DNA of 62,532 nt, the filler included, from Choristocarpus tenellus KU-1152 (lineage: Eukaryota; Protista; Phaeophyceae), in assembly GCA_964200185.2 (NCBI GenBank). It is 11 parts of 11 records of this genome, joined end to end, with 100 filler letters (N's around TTAATTAATTAA, not from the genome) between each part and the next. Parts side by side here need not be neighbours in the genome. Positions count along the whole stretch, not along the records: positions 1 to 4,774 come from CAXNAD020013111.1; positions 4,875 to 8,042 come from CAXNAD020021817.1; positions 8,143 to 22,265 come from CAXNAD020001273.1; 8 more parts are not named here. One strand, written 5' to 3'. The stretch's first letter is position 1. Each line of letters starts with the position of its first letter. The position numbers and the translations under genes were made by a program. The notes beneath the pieces are model-generated. The model had not been told where the DNA came from. It ran no database searches and saw only the letters and a program-made list of their open reading frames with translations. Shown here piece by piece: positions 1 through 12,033 of this stretch.

Positions 1-1507
1 GGTTGTGGGGGTGCGGGGGGTTAAGCGGTTTTCTTTCGGAGGGGGGGGGGAGGAAAAGGGGGAGGGGAACAAAAGGGGGGGGGGGGGGGGGGGGGGGTCG
101 ACGACGCAGGGGATGCTTACAGATGTCGTTTGCCGAGATAGAAAATAAAAATGTGCCTCAAGAGTCATAGGGAAGCAACGGAATTTTTCGGAGTAGCGTG
201 GGTTTGTCCTCAGTATCACCAGGCGCTTACAGTTGTCGATCGAAGAGCAAAACCGCAGGCAGACAAACCAGCTGAGCGGCACTGCTCTTGTCTCACGGCT
301 CTTTCACACCAACGGAGGTTGGGGTAGAAGAGGCGGTTCTCGTGCGGGGGACATTCTAAAAAATAACAGAAAAAAAAACTAGGGTTGGGGGTTCTAAATC
401 TACACGAGAAGTTGGAAAAGAGATCTGCAAGAATATGGACAGCGGGACCAATGAGTCAGGCATAGAACAAGACGATATGGGACCTAAGAGGTGTGGCGAT
501 AAAAATTGGTACCAATAACCCTAACCCTAACACAATGGTCTCCATTGGGAGCGAGTGCACTCACGGTAGTGCATTCTTTGAGATTGTCGGGTGGGTGAGG
601 GCATCACCAAGGGGTGGGTGAAGTTGAGGGTATGCCGTAGAACCTGCAGGGCGGATAGTTGTCCTACCTTGAGGATTCTTGGGAGGGAAATTGCTGCATA
701 TCTTGAGGAATGCAAGAACTTCACACCTGTACTCCCAAAAAGCATGGAGTTTGAACCTTTGATTGCACGAATCGGGCGCACTGGGTCACCTCTTTGCTTA
801 CAAGACTACAACTCTCTACGCAGAACACTTCGAGGTTTTAAGACGTTGTGAGCCTCATACAATTACCCTTCGGAAGTTCAGGGGTTTATTTATACAAGTT
901 CCAGCGCACAATAAATCTGAAAACACTCTGGACCTACAAACACTGACACGGCTTTGTCAAGTTTTGGGAACGAGCTGTAATGGAGTGTTGAAGTCTTAAT
1001 ATATCAACATTTCAATTGCTGTCATGACTAGCCTCTTGGGTACGATTGTCACAATCATTTTAAACGTATGGAATGGAGTTCAGTGTGCACTCGAAGAGGT
1101 CTCTACAGACCATCACGATCTAATGCAGGTCCTGTGCAATGTACTTCGTTTTAAGAGTCACATTGAGTGTTTGTTGTGAAGCCGAAAACAAGCGAGGTGA
1201 TCATTGAGGACACCTTGGCCTCACATGCCACTGCAACCCATTATACTCCGATAACATTACATACTTCTGAAGTACAAACCTAACCCGAACACTATCGACC
1301 TTAACTGAGTATGCAAAGCAAGGAGTACCACGAGGTAGTGAGGCGTCGACCAGAGAGACTAGGCAGGCCAGGTGTTACAAACTAGGAAGGGACCTAAGCA
1401 AATAAACCTGTAATGTTCTGCAACACACCCGGTCCAGCGAACCTTCTACTGAGCCCATTGGGACATCTTACCACCCACCTACCCCATCTAACCAGTCACA
1501 AGCCTAC

Positions 1508-2437
1508 CTCCCTTGCTGCCCTGACAGTCGCCTCAATTACGGCTTTGGGAGGCTCAAAATCCGGCTCACCCACACAGAGTGATACCACCTTCTCCCCTCT
1601 CGCTTGCATTTCCTTGGTGAGGGCGTGGACCTGGGATGGGGGTGAACGGGGGGCAGGGGTTGTCAAATGGGAGAAATATCAAGGAAATTATTCTCTGTGT
1701 GGAACACTTAGAAGGCTTTGCATTTCGATTTAGAGGGGCATTCAAAATGGATTGCAGGGCAATCAGAATAAACGCTAGTGTGTCATTGCTCTATCTTTCA
1801 ACCTATCTAGTGTTGCATCTAGGTGGCGTTTTGAAACACTACTAAGACTCAAGTGAGGCAAGATTGAAAAATTCGTCCTGTCAATGAGACAAAATGGCGC
1901 CACCTAGACGTAACAAGGAAAATATAGGCAATTGAACATGATAATGGTAGCAATGATGGTGACCTCCAACAATACCTCAATGGTTTTGGAGGGTGCAATG
2001 CTAGCGACAAGAGGGTTGATTGTATCTTCTCTGCAGAACGGGTTCGTCGACTTCTCAGCACCGTCGACACTCATCCATAAAGCATCGCTAGGTCCTTGCT
2101 GGTGCTGAGGTCGCGGCGGTTGAGTGAGTGGAGTTTTGGGTTGCCCTGTACTGCAGGCAAAGCCTGCATGGAAGGTGATTGGTAAATTGTTGGAGTGATA
2201 TGAACAGAATTATACTTCAAGTAATCCGACGCCAATCCCTTCCACACCGGATAAATGCATGTAGCACTGTGGAACCAAGGGGTTTTCCTCAAAGGAACGT
2301 TGTGAAAGGTAAGGAGAGTTCCTCTCAGGTAGCCATCTACCGAGATCCTGCGTGATACCCTTGCCGGAGAGTACATTCGGACAATTACCTTCTACAACAG
2401 AGGGTAGAATCCATATCCACAGTGGTCGTTGACGCAT
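1508..2437 (-). CDS. Plastid-targeted class Ib aspartate / prephenate aminotransferase (PLP-dependent), 5' part only (3 exons seen)
   Basis: Phase-compatible GT-AG exons 2437-2389, 2163-1976 and 1630-1508 give MRQRPLWIWILPSVVEG-FACSTGQPKTP...EDTINPLVASIAPSKTIE-VHALTKEMQARGEKVVSLCVGEPDFEPPKAVIEATVRAARE. The 'I.PSKT....' and 'V.SL.VGEPDF' motifs are typical N-terminal motifs of class I/II aminotransferases. A signal peptide followed by F at +1 fits a bipartite plastid presequence. Downstream exons were not found on this contig. Confidence 0.85.
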
Positions 2438-2749
2438 GGTTTGCGGTAGTCAAGGAGTACAAATCAATGTACAACTAAAACATGTTTCAAATCGTTGGTA
2501 GAGTTCAATAACCATGGCAGGCGGAGATGTCCACCATCAAACAACATGAGATATCATACTTAATCTATTCAGAAAGAAAGCCATTTGTGGTACACAATGG
2601 CAAAGCCTCCTCAAGGTTGTCGCACGACAATAAGGAGATTACTTGACTCAGGAAAACATACTCCATGAGGTACAGTGTAGTTTACGGCCTCGACGCACTT
2701 ACATCCCTGCCCGGAAATCATGTAAGTTGTTCATGTTTTTTGTCCTATA

Positions 2750-3860
2750 TTGCTCTGTAGACCGTAGTCTCCTGTGGACCTTGTTTACCAAGTTTGGAGT
2801 GCCTGAGAAGATGATCTCAGTCATTCGCCAATCTTATGATAGAATGTGAACATGCGTCTGTATGAACGATGGAGAGTGTGGGCCAAAGTATCTTAGAGGG
2901 TAGAGCCGCGTACAATTGAGGGCCAAATTCGAATGTTACGACTTTGATGTAATTTTGGCAATCGTGTTTGTTAGGAAGTGTCAGTATCCGTGTTCCAGAT
3001 ACATATTTTCATGACATACACACTTTACCTACTCCTAAACGTTTTGGAGTAGGAAAATGTCATGCAAGAACCATGGGAGGCCAAGCCCCAAATGGACAAA
3101 CGGGGCAGAACTCGTACCCTCTAAGATACTTTTACTCTGTACAGGTTGGTTTGAGGTTGGATAAGTTCTTTCATAAGAGAGACTTCTTGACCCCGTCCTT
3201 TATTATATCTTATTCACTACAACGGTAAGCGCAGCAGTTAAGGAGTTCACCTCTTACCCTGCCAAGACCTTGTTCTCGTCAAAAAGACAGGGGATGTTTC
3301 CCTAAGTTCAACCAAGTAAGTTTTTTTGACAGGACCACAATTAGTGGATCACTTGACCTTAAGATTCAAAGGCTGAATGAAGTGCTTGAGTTTTGTGTTA
3401 CATGGTCATGTGACATGGACACTCCCCGAGGTCCATCATGTGAAGCTGCACTTCCACAACCACAAGTTCTTTCAGCGCTGTGTCAGATTAACAAATGGGA
3501 ACGGCTATCACTCACTGTCCTACGAAGATGCCCTTGTGAAGAATGGGTGTGAGAATGTTGAAGCAACTACGGAAAAAACGAAGACTCCTGTTGACAGGGT
3601 AAGTTGCATGCATGGGGTATAAGCGACTTCCAACAGGACTGATGTTTGGGGAGTTCACAGAAGGAAAACGGAAGCAACATGGACAGGAGAACTGGTGCAT
3701 GTGCTTGCAAGAGAACTTTGAGAAGGGGCACAACATAGACAACAAACCAACCAAGATGGTATGAGTGCCTGGTTGGCAGCACAATGAGCTTCATGCCAGA
3801 GTGGCAGTCCAAGGAAGCTGTGACAGCTGATGAATATCATGCTGAAGCATTAGGTAATGC
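2750..3860 (+). mobile_element. Decayed RTE-clade LINE (reverse transcriptase and C-terminal remnant), interrupted by a MITE
   Basis: Fragments SVDRSLLWTLFTKFGVPEKMISVIRQSYDRM and LHGHVTW..HHVKLHFHNHKFFQRC...HSLSYEDALVKNGCENVEAT...RLPTGLMFGE match RTE-type ORF2. Stops and frameshifts are present, and much of the RT is deleted. Confidence 0.7.
2880..3137 (+). mobile_element. MITE family A copy (about 258 bp foldback element)
   Basis: TIR core AAAGTATCTTAGAGGGTA / TACCCTCTAAGATACTTT; flanked by TGT on both sides; similar to copies at 46973, 47350, 52156, 52428, 54339 and 59179. Confidence 0.9.
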
Positions 3861-4774
3861 AAGCCCAAGCAATAATCATCATTGTCTGTGGAATTTCGGA
3901 TTGGATGGACCTGGTGCGACACTGGAGTTCCTTTTTCCCTCCTGTTTTTAAATAGGACCTGGTGATGTGTGATGATGGTACTGACATCCTACCTCAACTA
4001 CTCGGTGCTATTGCATTACCCTTGGGTTCTCTCTTCTCTAAGGAATTCAAGATTGTTTATTCCCACAAGGATTTGGGACAATTTTGTGGGTCCACCCAAC
4101 ATATTTTGGCAGGTGAACCTGATCCGTCTTGACCGTGCTGGTCTGGCGAACAAGTACACATATTCACTGATGAAACTCCTTCAAGAATGTGGACGTTGCT
4201 GCAAGAGGCACGTGCTGTGTGGCAGGCGCCTCCACACCCAGGAGTCAATAGATTCGATTTTTAAACCACTCTCTACACTATACTGCAGTGCAGAGTTTGA
4301 ATAGTGTGTTTGTCAATGCAGCAAATGCCGTTCAACAGGGCTTGAGCTTGATTAATTATCAATTCCTATGCCATGCATGGTGAGTGGGAGGTCAGTCATG
4401 ATTCCTCCACCACCTCGACTCTCTGCTGTTAACCGTGAACCTGTTTATTGCTAATGACTGGTATATGAGTTTCCTGTGTGTTTGCTCATTGTGTGAGAGG
4501 TGTTGGGTAGCCATGGCCTAGCCTATACCTCTGTACGTATGGAGAAAACACTCATATCCACTGGTGAGGCTTTCTTTCTTCAAGAGTCTGGGCGTTACTG
4601 CAAGAGATCCCTTCCACAAGGGGGCCTCTCAAACCCCAAACTCAGGAATAATCCCAACCTTCGAAAGAAAAGTTAATCAGGAAATGTGTGTATGTATGGG
4701 GGGGTGGGGGGGGGGGTGTTTACTGACAAGTAAAATCTAGAGTGCCATTTGCTACATACATATCATTAATCAAG

Positions 4775-4874
4775 NNNNNNNNNNNNNNNNNNNNNNNNNN
4801 NNNNNNNNNNNNNNNNNNTTAATTAATTAANNNNNNNNNNNNNNNNNNNNNNNNNNNNNNNNNNNNNNNNNNNN
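4775..4874. other. Artificial contig linker N44-TTAATTAATTAA-N44 (first of 10)
   Basis: Identical 100-nt blocks at 4775, 8043, 22266, 28745, 31424, 35416, 38324, 44859, 50800 and 56705. TTAATTAATTAA gives stops in all six frames, a standard concatenation spacer. Confidence 0.98.
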
Positions 4875-7800
4875 CTGGAGATGTTATCGAGCTGGAAGAT
4901 GGATTGTACACGAAGGGGATAAGGACATACCGGAGTGGGGAAGAAGACAATCCTATAGTTGTCAAGGGATCTAGAGCTGCCATCCTTCGGGACAGGGATA
5001 TTGTGGTTGAAGTCTTGCACAGCCATATCCATTTGCAGGTACAAAGACATCACCTTGTTATTGCTCTGTAGAGCAGAGGAACAGTAGTACGCTTCCCTAC
5101 CCACCGACCAACATCATACTACGCGTGGAGCGTAGAACGCTTTTTGTATCTTTCAGAGCTGAAAAAATATCCTCAACTAGTTCTTTCGGTGTTCCTCAAC
5201 CAACCCGACCCTTGTTTACGTCATACATGTGATTTTGATACCCCAAAACGAGCTCTCCCCAACTCGAACGAAGAGCCCTTTGATTGTCAATCTCAGGCCA
5301 GCGTATCGAATTTAGGCCGTTAATTTCCTGTCTTCCAACTTTTTGCCGTGTGTATCTTCGCTGGGATCCAGGGCTTTACCGTGGATGGCAGGTTAAGCGC
5401 CATACGAGACACAGACTCCTACGCCAACAAGTGTGTATATGTTCGTGGGGAGGCAGATCCAACCAGGATAGAATACAACGGGCACGCCTTTCCCTCATCT
5501 ATCAACGGATTGGTCCTTAATGGATTGAAGATTCAGAACTGCCTGTGAGAGAATGAAATTGGGCGTAGCCAACGCCATCAGGAACAATGACCTCGGCTTG
5601 GTCAGTTGCAAGCTTAAGTGGAATTGAAGGGTATCAAGTGGGCGGTGCAAAACAGAGACTGTGTTAGTGTCGTATTGTTTCGTAGTTCTCAATGACCAAT
5701 CCTACTACGATGTAAAGATCTGCTGCACCAGTTCGAGACCATGCCCTCATCCGTGAGGCCTCACGATTGGTTTCCATTGCTCTTTCATTTTTTTGGGGGC
5801 ATAGGTGACTATCAAACGGTTCTACGTCATTTCTGTAAAGAGGATAAGAAAATGATCTGACACCAGCAATCAAAGTGTGAAGAGGGGTGGGGAGGGGTAT
5901 TACAGGGAATGTTAGCATTGCGCTCTTGCTAGATCAATAAAACGAGTGTTAGACCGTCCAAGGTTGCCAGAGAAACTTAAAACTATCAGCCCCAATATAT
6001 ACACCCGTCACTCTCCCCCCTTTCTTAAAATGGTCTAATCTTTGTTCTGTTTCACCCCTGTGATATCTGTTTCTCCTCTTCTTGGTACCGCCTCGAAAAA
6101 AATAGAGGAGAGTGTGTACGTCTTCGATACTTTGTTACCCATTCGGACATTCAGAACAACCTCATTCGAGACTGTGGGGTGGCGGACTTTGTACTTGGTG
6201 GCAACAAAAAGAATGGTGAAGGAGTGTACATTGGCACCTCAAGCACGCAGGTGATTGCAGTACTCTTAGGTAGAGCAATTTTAACAGGATGAGTGGTTAT
6301 TGAATATTGATTTCGTTGCAAGTACGTAGCATTTGAGTAGAAAGATCATATTATTCCTTCGAATGAGGTAAGCAAGTGGGTCAGATCAATTGAGAGGTAG
6401 GCACGGTTGCATTTAAAGGGTCATGAGAAAGGGCAAACATACTCCATTTTGTACAATAGCAAAAAAGGTCTTGGCTTAACTTTTGTGTCACTTTGCGTGT
6501 TGAAAGGGGGAATATCAATTATATGTACACCATTGTGCACATAAAGCAATGCAATAGAGTAGATTGTACAGAGTAAGAAAGACTGCTTGGAATGTTAAAG
6601 GGTTCAAACTTGCCTACCTCTCAATTGGATTGGCTCAAGTGTTCCTTTCTTTGACAGCATAAAATAGTGTTTCTCAGTTTTCAGTGCTGCATCTTGCACC
6701 ATACACTTCCCTACATTGGTTGATATGGGGGGGAGGGGTGATCAGACTGGCAGCAGAACACTTGAAGCACCCAACCATCTCATCTGTCTTTCCTAACCAT
6801 GCACCCGCTTGCACACAAACATGCTATACAACTCCCCTCACCCCTGAACACGTTTTTTTTTGTAAGTGGGATGACAATCCCACTGACGAGGCTGACGGCT
6901 CCAACTACAACCGCCTTCGCAATAACAAGATCATAACCAATGCCAACGAGTGTGTCGATATCAAGGAAGGCTCACAATACAATGTTGTGGAGGGCAACTC
7001 TTGCAGCATGCAGAAGGATGACAAAGCTGGCTGCTTTGGGGTCCGCAGTGACTACAACACTCTTAGGTACTAAGGGGCGTTTTTTTCTCAATTGTGAGGT
7101 GGTGGTGGTTGAATTATTGTTGTCATATGTGCAGTGGAGTATGGAACAGGTTGCAGCAGTGACAAGTCCTTTTGCTGCTTACAAGGAGCACACCAGGGAA
7201 GGATAATTGAAAGAGGAAAGGGTGGAGAAGGATTTCTCGCTATATTTTTGTTTTTGTGGCTGTTCTTGTAGTATCACATAGCAATCACTGCTTCATGCGC
7301 TGATTGATTTATCGGCTGATTGGTTGGTTGACGGGTGAAAGCTAGTTGACAATTTGTTTCAAGGTTGATGTTTTCCTATTGGTGATTAGATGTAGGACAG
7401 AAGAAATGGAATTTTTTTTCAACAGAAAAATGTGCCAACTGCGGCAGATGTATGTGTATTTTTTAAGGTGGTGAGGGACATGCACTTGTTTGTGGTATAG
7501 TATGTTGTGGCACGTCTCTTCATCACCGCTGGCAGGAATTTTTTTTCGTTTATCACAAAGAAAGTCCTTGGTTTCATGTACTGGTTACTTCAACTTGATT
7601 CAGCTCTTACAGTTTTCCGTTTCTCCAACCCCCTCCCCCCTTCCCCTTCCCCCCTCTCCAACTCAAATATGCTGTGTTTCTTTTTCATTTTATTTGTGTA
7701 TATATACATAATACTGATTTGCGACCACAATGGAAGCAAATCCTGGATTTCCCCCTCCCCCTCAAAGCTCATTCTTGTGGTATGATGTACTGTACCCACC

Positions 7801-7937
7801 CATTCCTCATTTGTTTGCTTTGGTAACACTGTTCTATGCTTCTATGTGTGTGTCTAACCAGGTACAACGCTGGCATATCATGTGATGGCTTTGGGGTGCG
7901 ATTTGGAGGCCATGATGATTGGGGTATCAACAACATT
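4875..7937 (+). CDS. Right-handed parallel beta-helix (pectin-lyase fold) protein, putative PL31/PL41-like alginate lyase; internal part, both ends cut by the contig edges
   Basis: Five phase-compatible exons 4875-5038, 5372-5544, 6106-6250, 6867-7066 and 7862-7937: GDVIELEDGLYTKGIRTYRSGEEDNPIVVKGSRAAIL...HIHLQ-GFTVDG...KCVYVRG...LKIQNCL-GECVRLRYFVTHSDIQNNLIRDCGVADF...KNGEGVYIGTSSTQ-WDD...YNRLRNNKIITNANECVDIKEGSQYNVVEGNSCSMQKD...NTLR-YNAGISCDGFGVRFGGHDDWGINNI. Asn-ladder beta-helix repeats are evident. The CAZy family call is from recalled motifs (NGEGVYIG, NECVDIKEG), not from a search. Confidence 0.85.
6378..6636 (+). mobile_element. MITE family C copy inside an intron of the beta-helix gene
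   Basis: Imperfect TIR GGGTCAGATCAATTGAGAGGTAGGCA / TGCCTACCTCTCAATTGGATTGGCTC with a 4-bp TSD AAGT. Related copies at 11820 and 32306, and a fragment near 47950. Confidence 0.8.
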
Positions 7938-7967
7938 GTGAGAGAACAGAAACCAGGAGTTTGGCGG

Positions 7968-8001
<34 letters not shown>

Positions 8002-9323
8002 GTTTGGGGGGAGGGGGAGAGGGGAGAAGGTGGTTTATGTGTNNNNNNNNNNNNNNNNNNNNNNNNNNNNNNNNNNNNNNNNNNNNTTAATTAATTAANN
8101 NNNNNNNNNNNNNNNNNNNNNNNNNNNNNNNNNNNNNNNNNNAAAAAAAGAGTCGTTTGACCGAAACGGATGCCCCTTCACAAACCACCCCCCCCCCCAG
8201 ATACTTTGACCCTGTGTATTGTAGAAGGTTCAAGAGACAGTACAAACCTAGTGCAACAGAAGATACATGTGAGAATGTGTTTGGAGAGGCAGTGGTCTTC
8301 TAGACGACTTACAGATGATCCCTTCAAAAGGTGACATTCTCACCGAATCTTCGAGAGTAGTTAGTTGGCTGTGAAAGTCTATTCTACAAGGGCAGACAAT
8401 TGTGTGAAATGACACGCTCTTCCAGAAGAAAGGAAAAATAACTCTTTTAACCCCGTTCAAGTCTACTCTTCCAAGTATGATGGGTAAAGGGTAGGGTGTT
8501 GAAACAAAATGCTCTATGTGTGGATTCTCTTGCGGAAGATACAAGAGTGGGCAAGTCTCACTCGCATGGTGTAGATCAGCATTTCACAGGATGGAAAGTA
8601 GAGTCGGACAGTGCCTCTTCTTTCTGCATGTCTACTGTAGATGATATATACTACAGGCGTGCGACAAAACTGTTCTTGAAAATGCCTAGAATCGAAATTT
8701 AGGGAAATATGCTGTACTTCGTGACGTATTTCGAAACCATACAAATCGTAAATCATACGACAACAATTCAAATACACATGAATCAATTAGATGAAAAACA
8801 ACTTGAAGTCACTTCAGCTGCTCAGCTCTAGCCTTTTTTATTACCACAAAAGAAATCTTCCAGGGGAGTTTGGTCAATGACCTTGTCTACACTGTTGTGC
8901 CCAAGAGATCACTTTTGCTCATTACTCCAAGGGATAACTCCTGCTCAATAACATCTCCATGTATAGGAGTAAAGAGCAAAAAGCTCCTGGAAGAATTGAA
9001 TAAATCCCTATCAGCACGCAACAGCTTCTGTACCCTCAGCGAGAGACAACAGGGCAACGTTTATCTGTGCAGCATACAGCATCTTTGACAAAAATCTATT
9101 AGCTGCAAAGCACATACTGTGAGCTTGGGTGCTGCCAATTAATTCCCGTAGTAGTCTTTGGGATGTTTTGGGAATAAAACCTGCGACGCAAAGGTACTTG
9201 TTTAAACTCACAGCGGGAAAAAAGGTCATTATTTGGTGCTTCTGCTCAGTATTACAGTACACTTGAGTGCAAGGAGAACCTCTTGCAGTGACTACACGAA
9301 GAAGCAACCAGCACTAGTTCAAT

Positions 9324-9425
9324 TCTGTGCGATAATGCAATGCATGACACGGACTGTTCCTATTTCTGTGCAATAATGCAATGCATGACACGGACTGTTC
9401 CCATTTCTGTGCGATAATGCAATGC
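9324..9425. repeat. Tandem repeat, about 41-bp unit x2.5
   Basis: TCTGTGC(G/A)ATAATGCAATGCATGACACGGACTGTTCC(T/C)ATT repeated directly. Confidence 0.85.
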
Positions 9426-9857
9426 TTGCAATAATCATACGTGAGAAGATACAACAAGGACAAAGATACTGTTGCGGTCTAAGCACGATGTTGGGGCGGG
9501 GGGGGGGATGAGCAGAGAGGACAGTCAAGTAACGGGAAATGTAAATGCCAACTTGGTAGGAATGTGATATTGTTGGTCCATGTAATGCCGACAACCGCGA
9601 GGAGGAGTTGATAGAGCAAAATCGAGAATGCCCGCACGGCATAAAACTCACAGAAGCTTAACTATATACACGTCAATGTACCTAAGGTGTAGAAGAGTGG
9701 AGAGCACAATAGTGAAGAACATGGCTAACTGCACTCAAGCCAAGCAGAAAACATGCATTCAATAGCAACAGCAGGTTTTGAAGGGAGAACCACAACTTTG
9801 GTGCTCCCTATCTCAGGAAATCCCATGAGTATCCATTGAGTATCCATTGTTGGAACC

Positions 9858-11085
9858 CTAGGTGCTGGTGCCACCATTCCGGTTTTCTCCTCGGTCTGCA
9901 TCGCGCTTCAACTCCTCTTTCCGCAAATCAAGCTCTCGTGCGTACTCAGCATCAAACGCCAAAGCCTTTTCTCGGTTGGCCCTTCGCCTCTCCTCCTTTT
10001 CATCCTACCAAGAGGCCCAGACAAGGTAAGGGGGATTCAGGCAATGAATGGATACAGGATAAGACAGAACGGAACATTATCGAGGTAAGCCACCCCTTGG
10101 GTCAGTGCACTGGTCTCAAGCGTGTTCATTGCATCGTAGTGTTGGAGATCTACCACTGGATAACATACCGCTGGTCACTGCGGTGTCTTTACCCTCGCAA
10201 AAATAGATGTCAATAATTTTGTTTAGTGGACAGTCACAATCCAAGCGTTCAACTGATAAAACGTTAGCCACTCCAAACAGGTTCAGACACAGGTAAAACC
10301 CGACGTTAGGACCTATAATCATGATACTGGACCTAAGATCATGGCGCCCCATTTACACTAGATTGCCGCAATACAGCATATAGGATCAAGCGTGGATTGA
10401 TGAATTAAACAATAACAGGGAAGGTTGTTCAGAGTACGATGGAAGAGATCGATCTAGACACACAAAATGTGGTTGTGCAGGTAACGCCATGGGGACTGCA
10501 TGGTCACAAATGACGACGAAGAACTTTAGCTATCACCCAACGACATAAATATTTCATACATGAAATGTGGAAGAGGTACTGGGCACGCAACTCAGTCATC
10601 ACGAAGATACGATAAGGGCCTGGTCACGATTTGCTAACAGGAGTGAAGTCTTCGGTATGCACATCAGGAGTGAGGAGTCTCACATAGAAGCACTTGTCCA
10701 GCGCCACTTTGGCATCGTTGCAAGATCCCCAGAACTTGCCGTAAGGGTTTTCTTCGTGACAAGTCACCAATGTGTCTATGACCTGAAACGAAAAATATTG
10801 TCGATTGCGTTGTGAGAGGAACGTCCAACAACGCACTATCCAAGGTATGCGAAGGCGAACATTACGATGCGCCCACTAGTTGGAGATAGCAAGCCCGCAT
10901 ATTACGTAGAGTACTCCATGGACCAAATCAACTGACTCTATAGCTGATTGGTTGAATATTTGTCTGAAGTACCAAGAGTTTTATCTGATCTTGTCGATAG
11001 AAGGACATCTAGAGTGTAAAGTTTACTTGAATTAGCCCCTTACCGATTGGCATCTTGGGTGTGGCTTCCGGAGTGGCGGATGCAT
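9858..11085 (-). CDS. CMC2: Twin CX9C mitochondrial COX assembly protein (CMC1/CMC2 family), complete, 95 aa, 3 exons
   Basis: Exons 11085-11044, 10782-10684 and 10004-9858: MHPPLRKPHPRCQS-VIDTLVTCHEENPYGKFWGSCNDAKVALDKCFY-DEKEERRRANREKALAFDAE...GTST*. Two exact CX9C motifs, the MHP start and the 'KF.G.CN..K..L..C...EK..RR..N' signature. Confidence 0.92.
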
Positions 11086-11819
11086 CTGTAATATGTATAA
11101 GAAGACGGTATGACTATGTCTCTACCACTCCACCACCACACACAGTCAGGACCCAAACAGAAGGGGACAAAGTTAAGGCTAACATGTGATCACCCTAACT
11201 TCTTCCTCTTTTTTGTTGATACGACTATAGACCGAATATATACGAAAACCTCCAAAATATACGTATGTGAAGGAACATCTTCACATATCGAAGAAACCGA
11301 AGAGGTAGGGATGTCTTCTCACCTATGTCATCATAGAACTCAAAATCTCCCCCTTACATTTAGAGCTCTATCCTAGAACAGACTGAGCACTTGGACAGTA
11401 GTCTCCATTAGAGCTGAAAAATAAATACTCCTGGGTTAATTCTTCACAGTAGGTGCAGCAGTGATTTCTATACATCAAAAAAACTTGTGTCATATATTTC
11501 TCCCTTGACCTATCAGTCTATCCAAACTCAACTGGAAGAGACGGACAGATTCTCGTACCTTGGAATACCAAAACATTCACCTCCTTGGAAAGCGTTTATC
11601 TCTCTCGCGCATATAATGTAGCAATAATTAATTGGAGGTACACCCTTCAAACAAGGAGGAGTAACTATTATTACAACTACAACTACTGCTGCTGTTAATC
11701 CTACTACTACTACTACTACTATTACCACTGGTACTAGAAACTATTAATACTACAACCACTACTACTACTACTTAAGCTTACACATTCACAAAAAAAATAC
11801 TACGTAGTACCAAACAAAC

Positions 11820-12033
11820 GAGTTAAACTCGAAGGTAGGCAGGGCTGCATTTTAGGGGTGCCAAGAAATGACAAAAGTATGTCATTTTGTACAATTACAG
11901 AGACTTGCGGAATAGCGGTGTCACTTGGGTGGAAAGGGGGGACTGATGATTTCGCCAACACTATTGTGGACGTTTAGCATCAAATAGCGTGTATTGCACA
12001 AGGTAAGAAATATGACTTTGAATGCAAAAGGGT
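11820..12033 (+). mobile_element. MITE family C copy, 3'-truncated
   Basis: GAGTTAAACTCGAAGGTAGGCAGGGCTGCATTTTAGGGG...CATTTTGTACAAT...GAAAGGGGG...AAGGGTT aligns with 6378-6605. Confidence 0.6.

Noticed and set aside
518-532. CCCTAA telomere-like repeats (also near 35707 and 39020)
   Set aside because: Only about two units each and interstitial; not a telomere.
527-999. Continuation exons of the aminotransferase, or a separate gene
   Set aside because: The expected G.T.YT...G...LR motif is absent, and I found no coherent spliced reading.
4819-4830. Recurrent palindrome TTAATTAATTAA as a biological motif or CRISPR-like repeat
   Set aside because: Always centred in exactly 44+44 Ns; it is an artificial six-frame-stop spacer.
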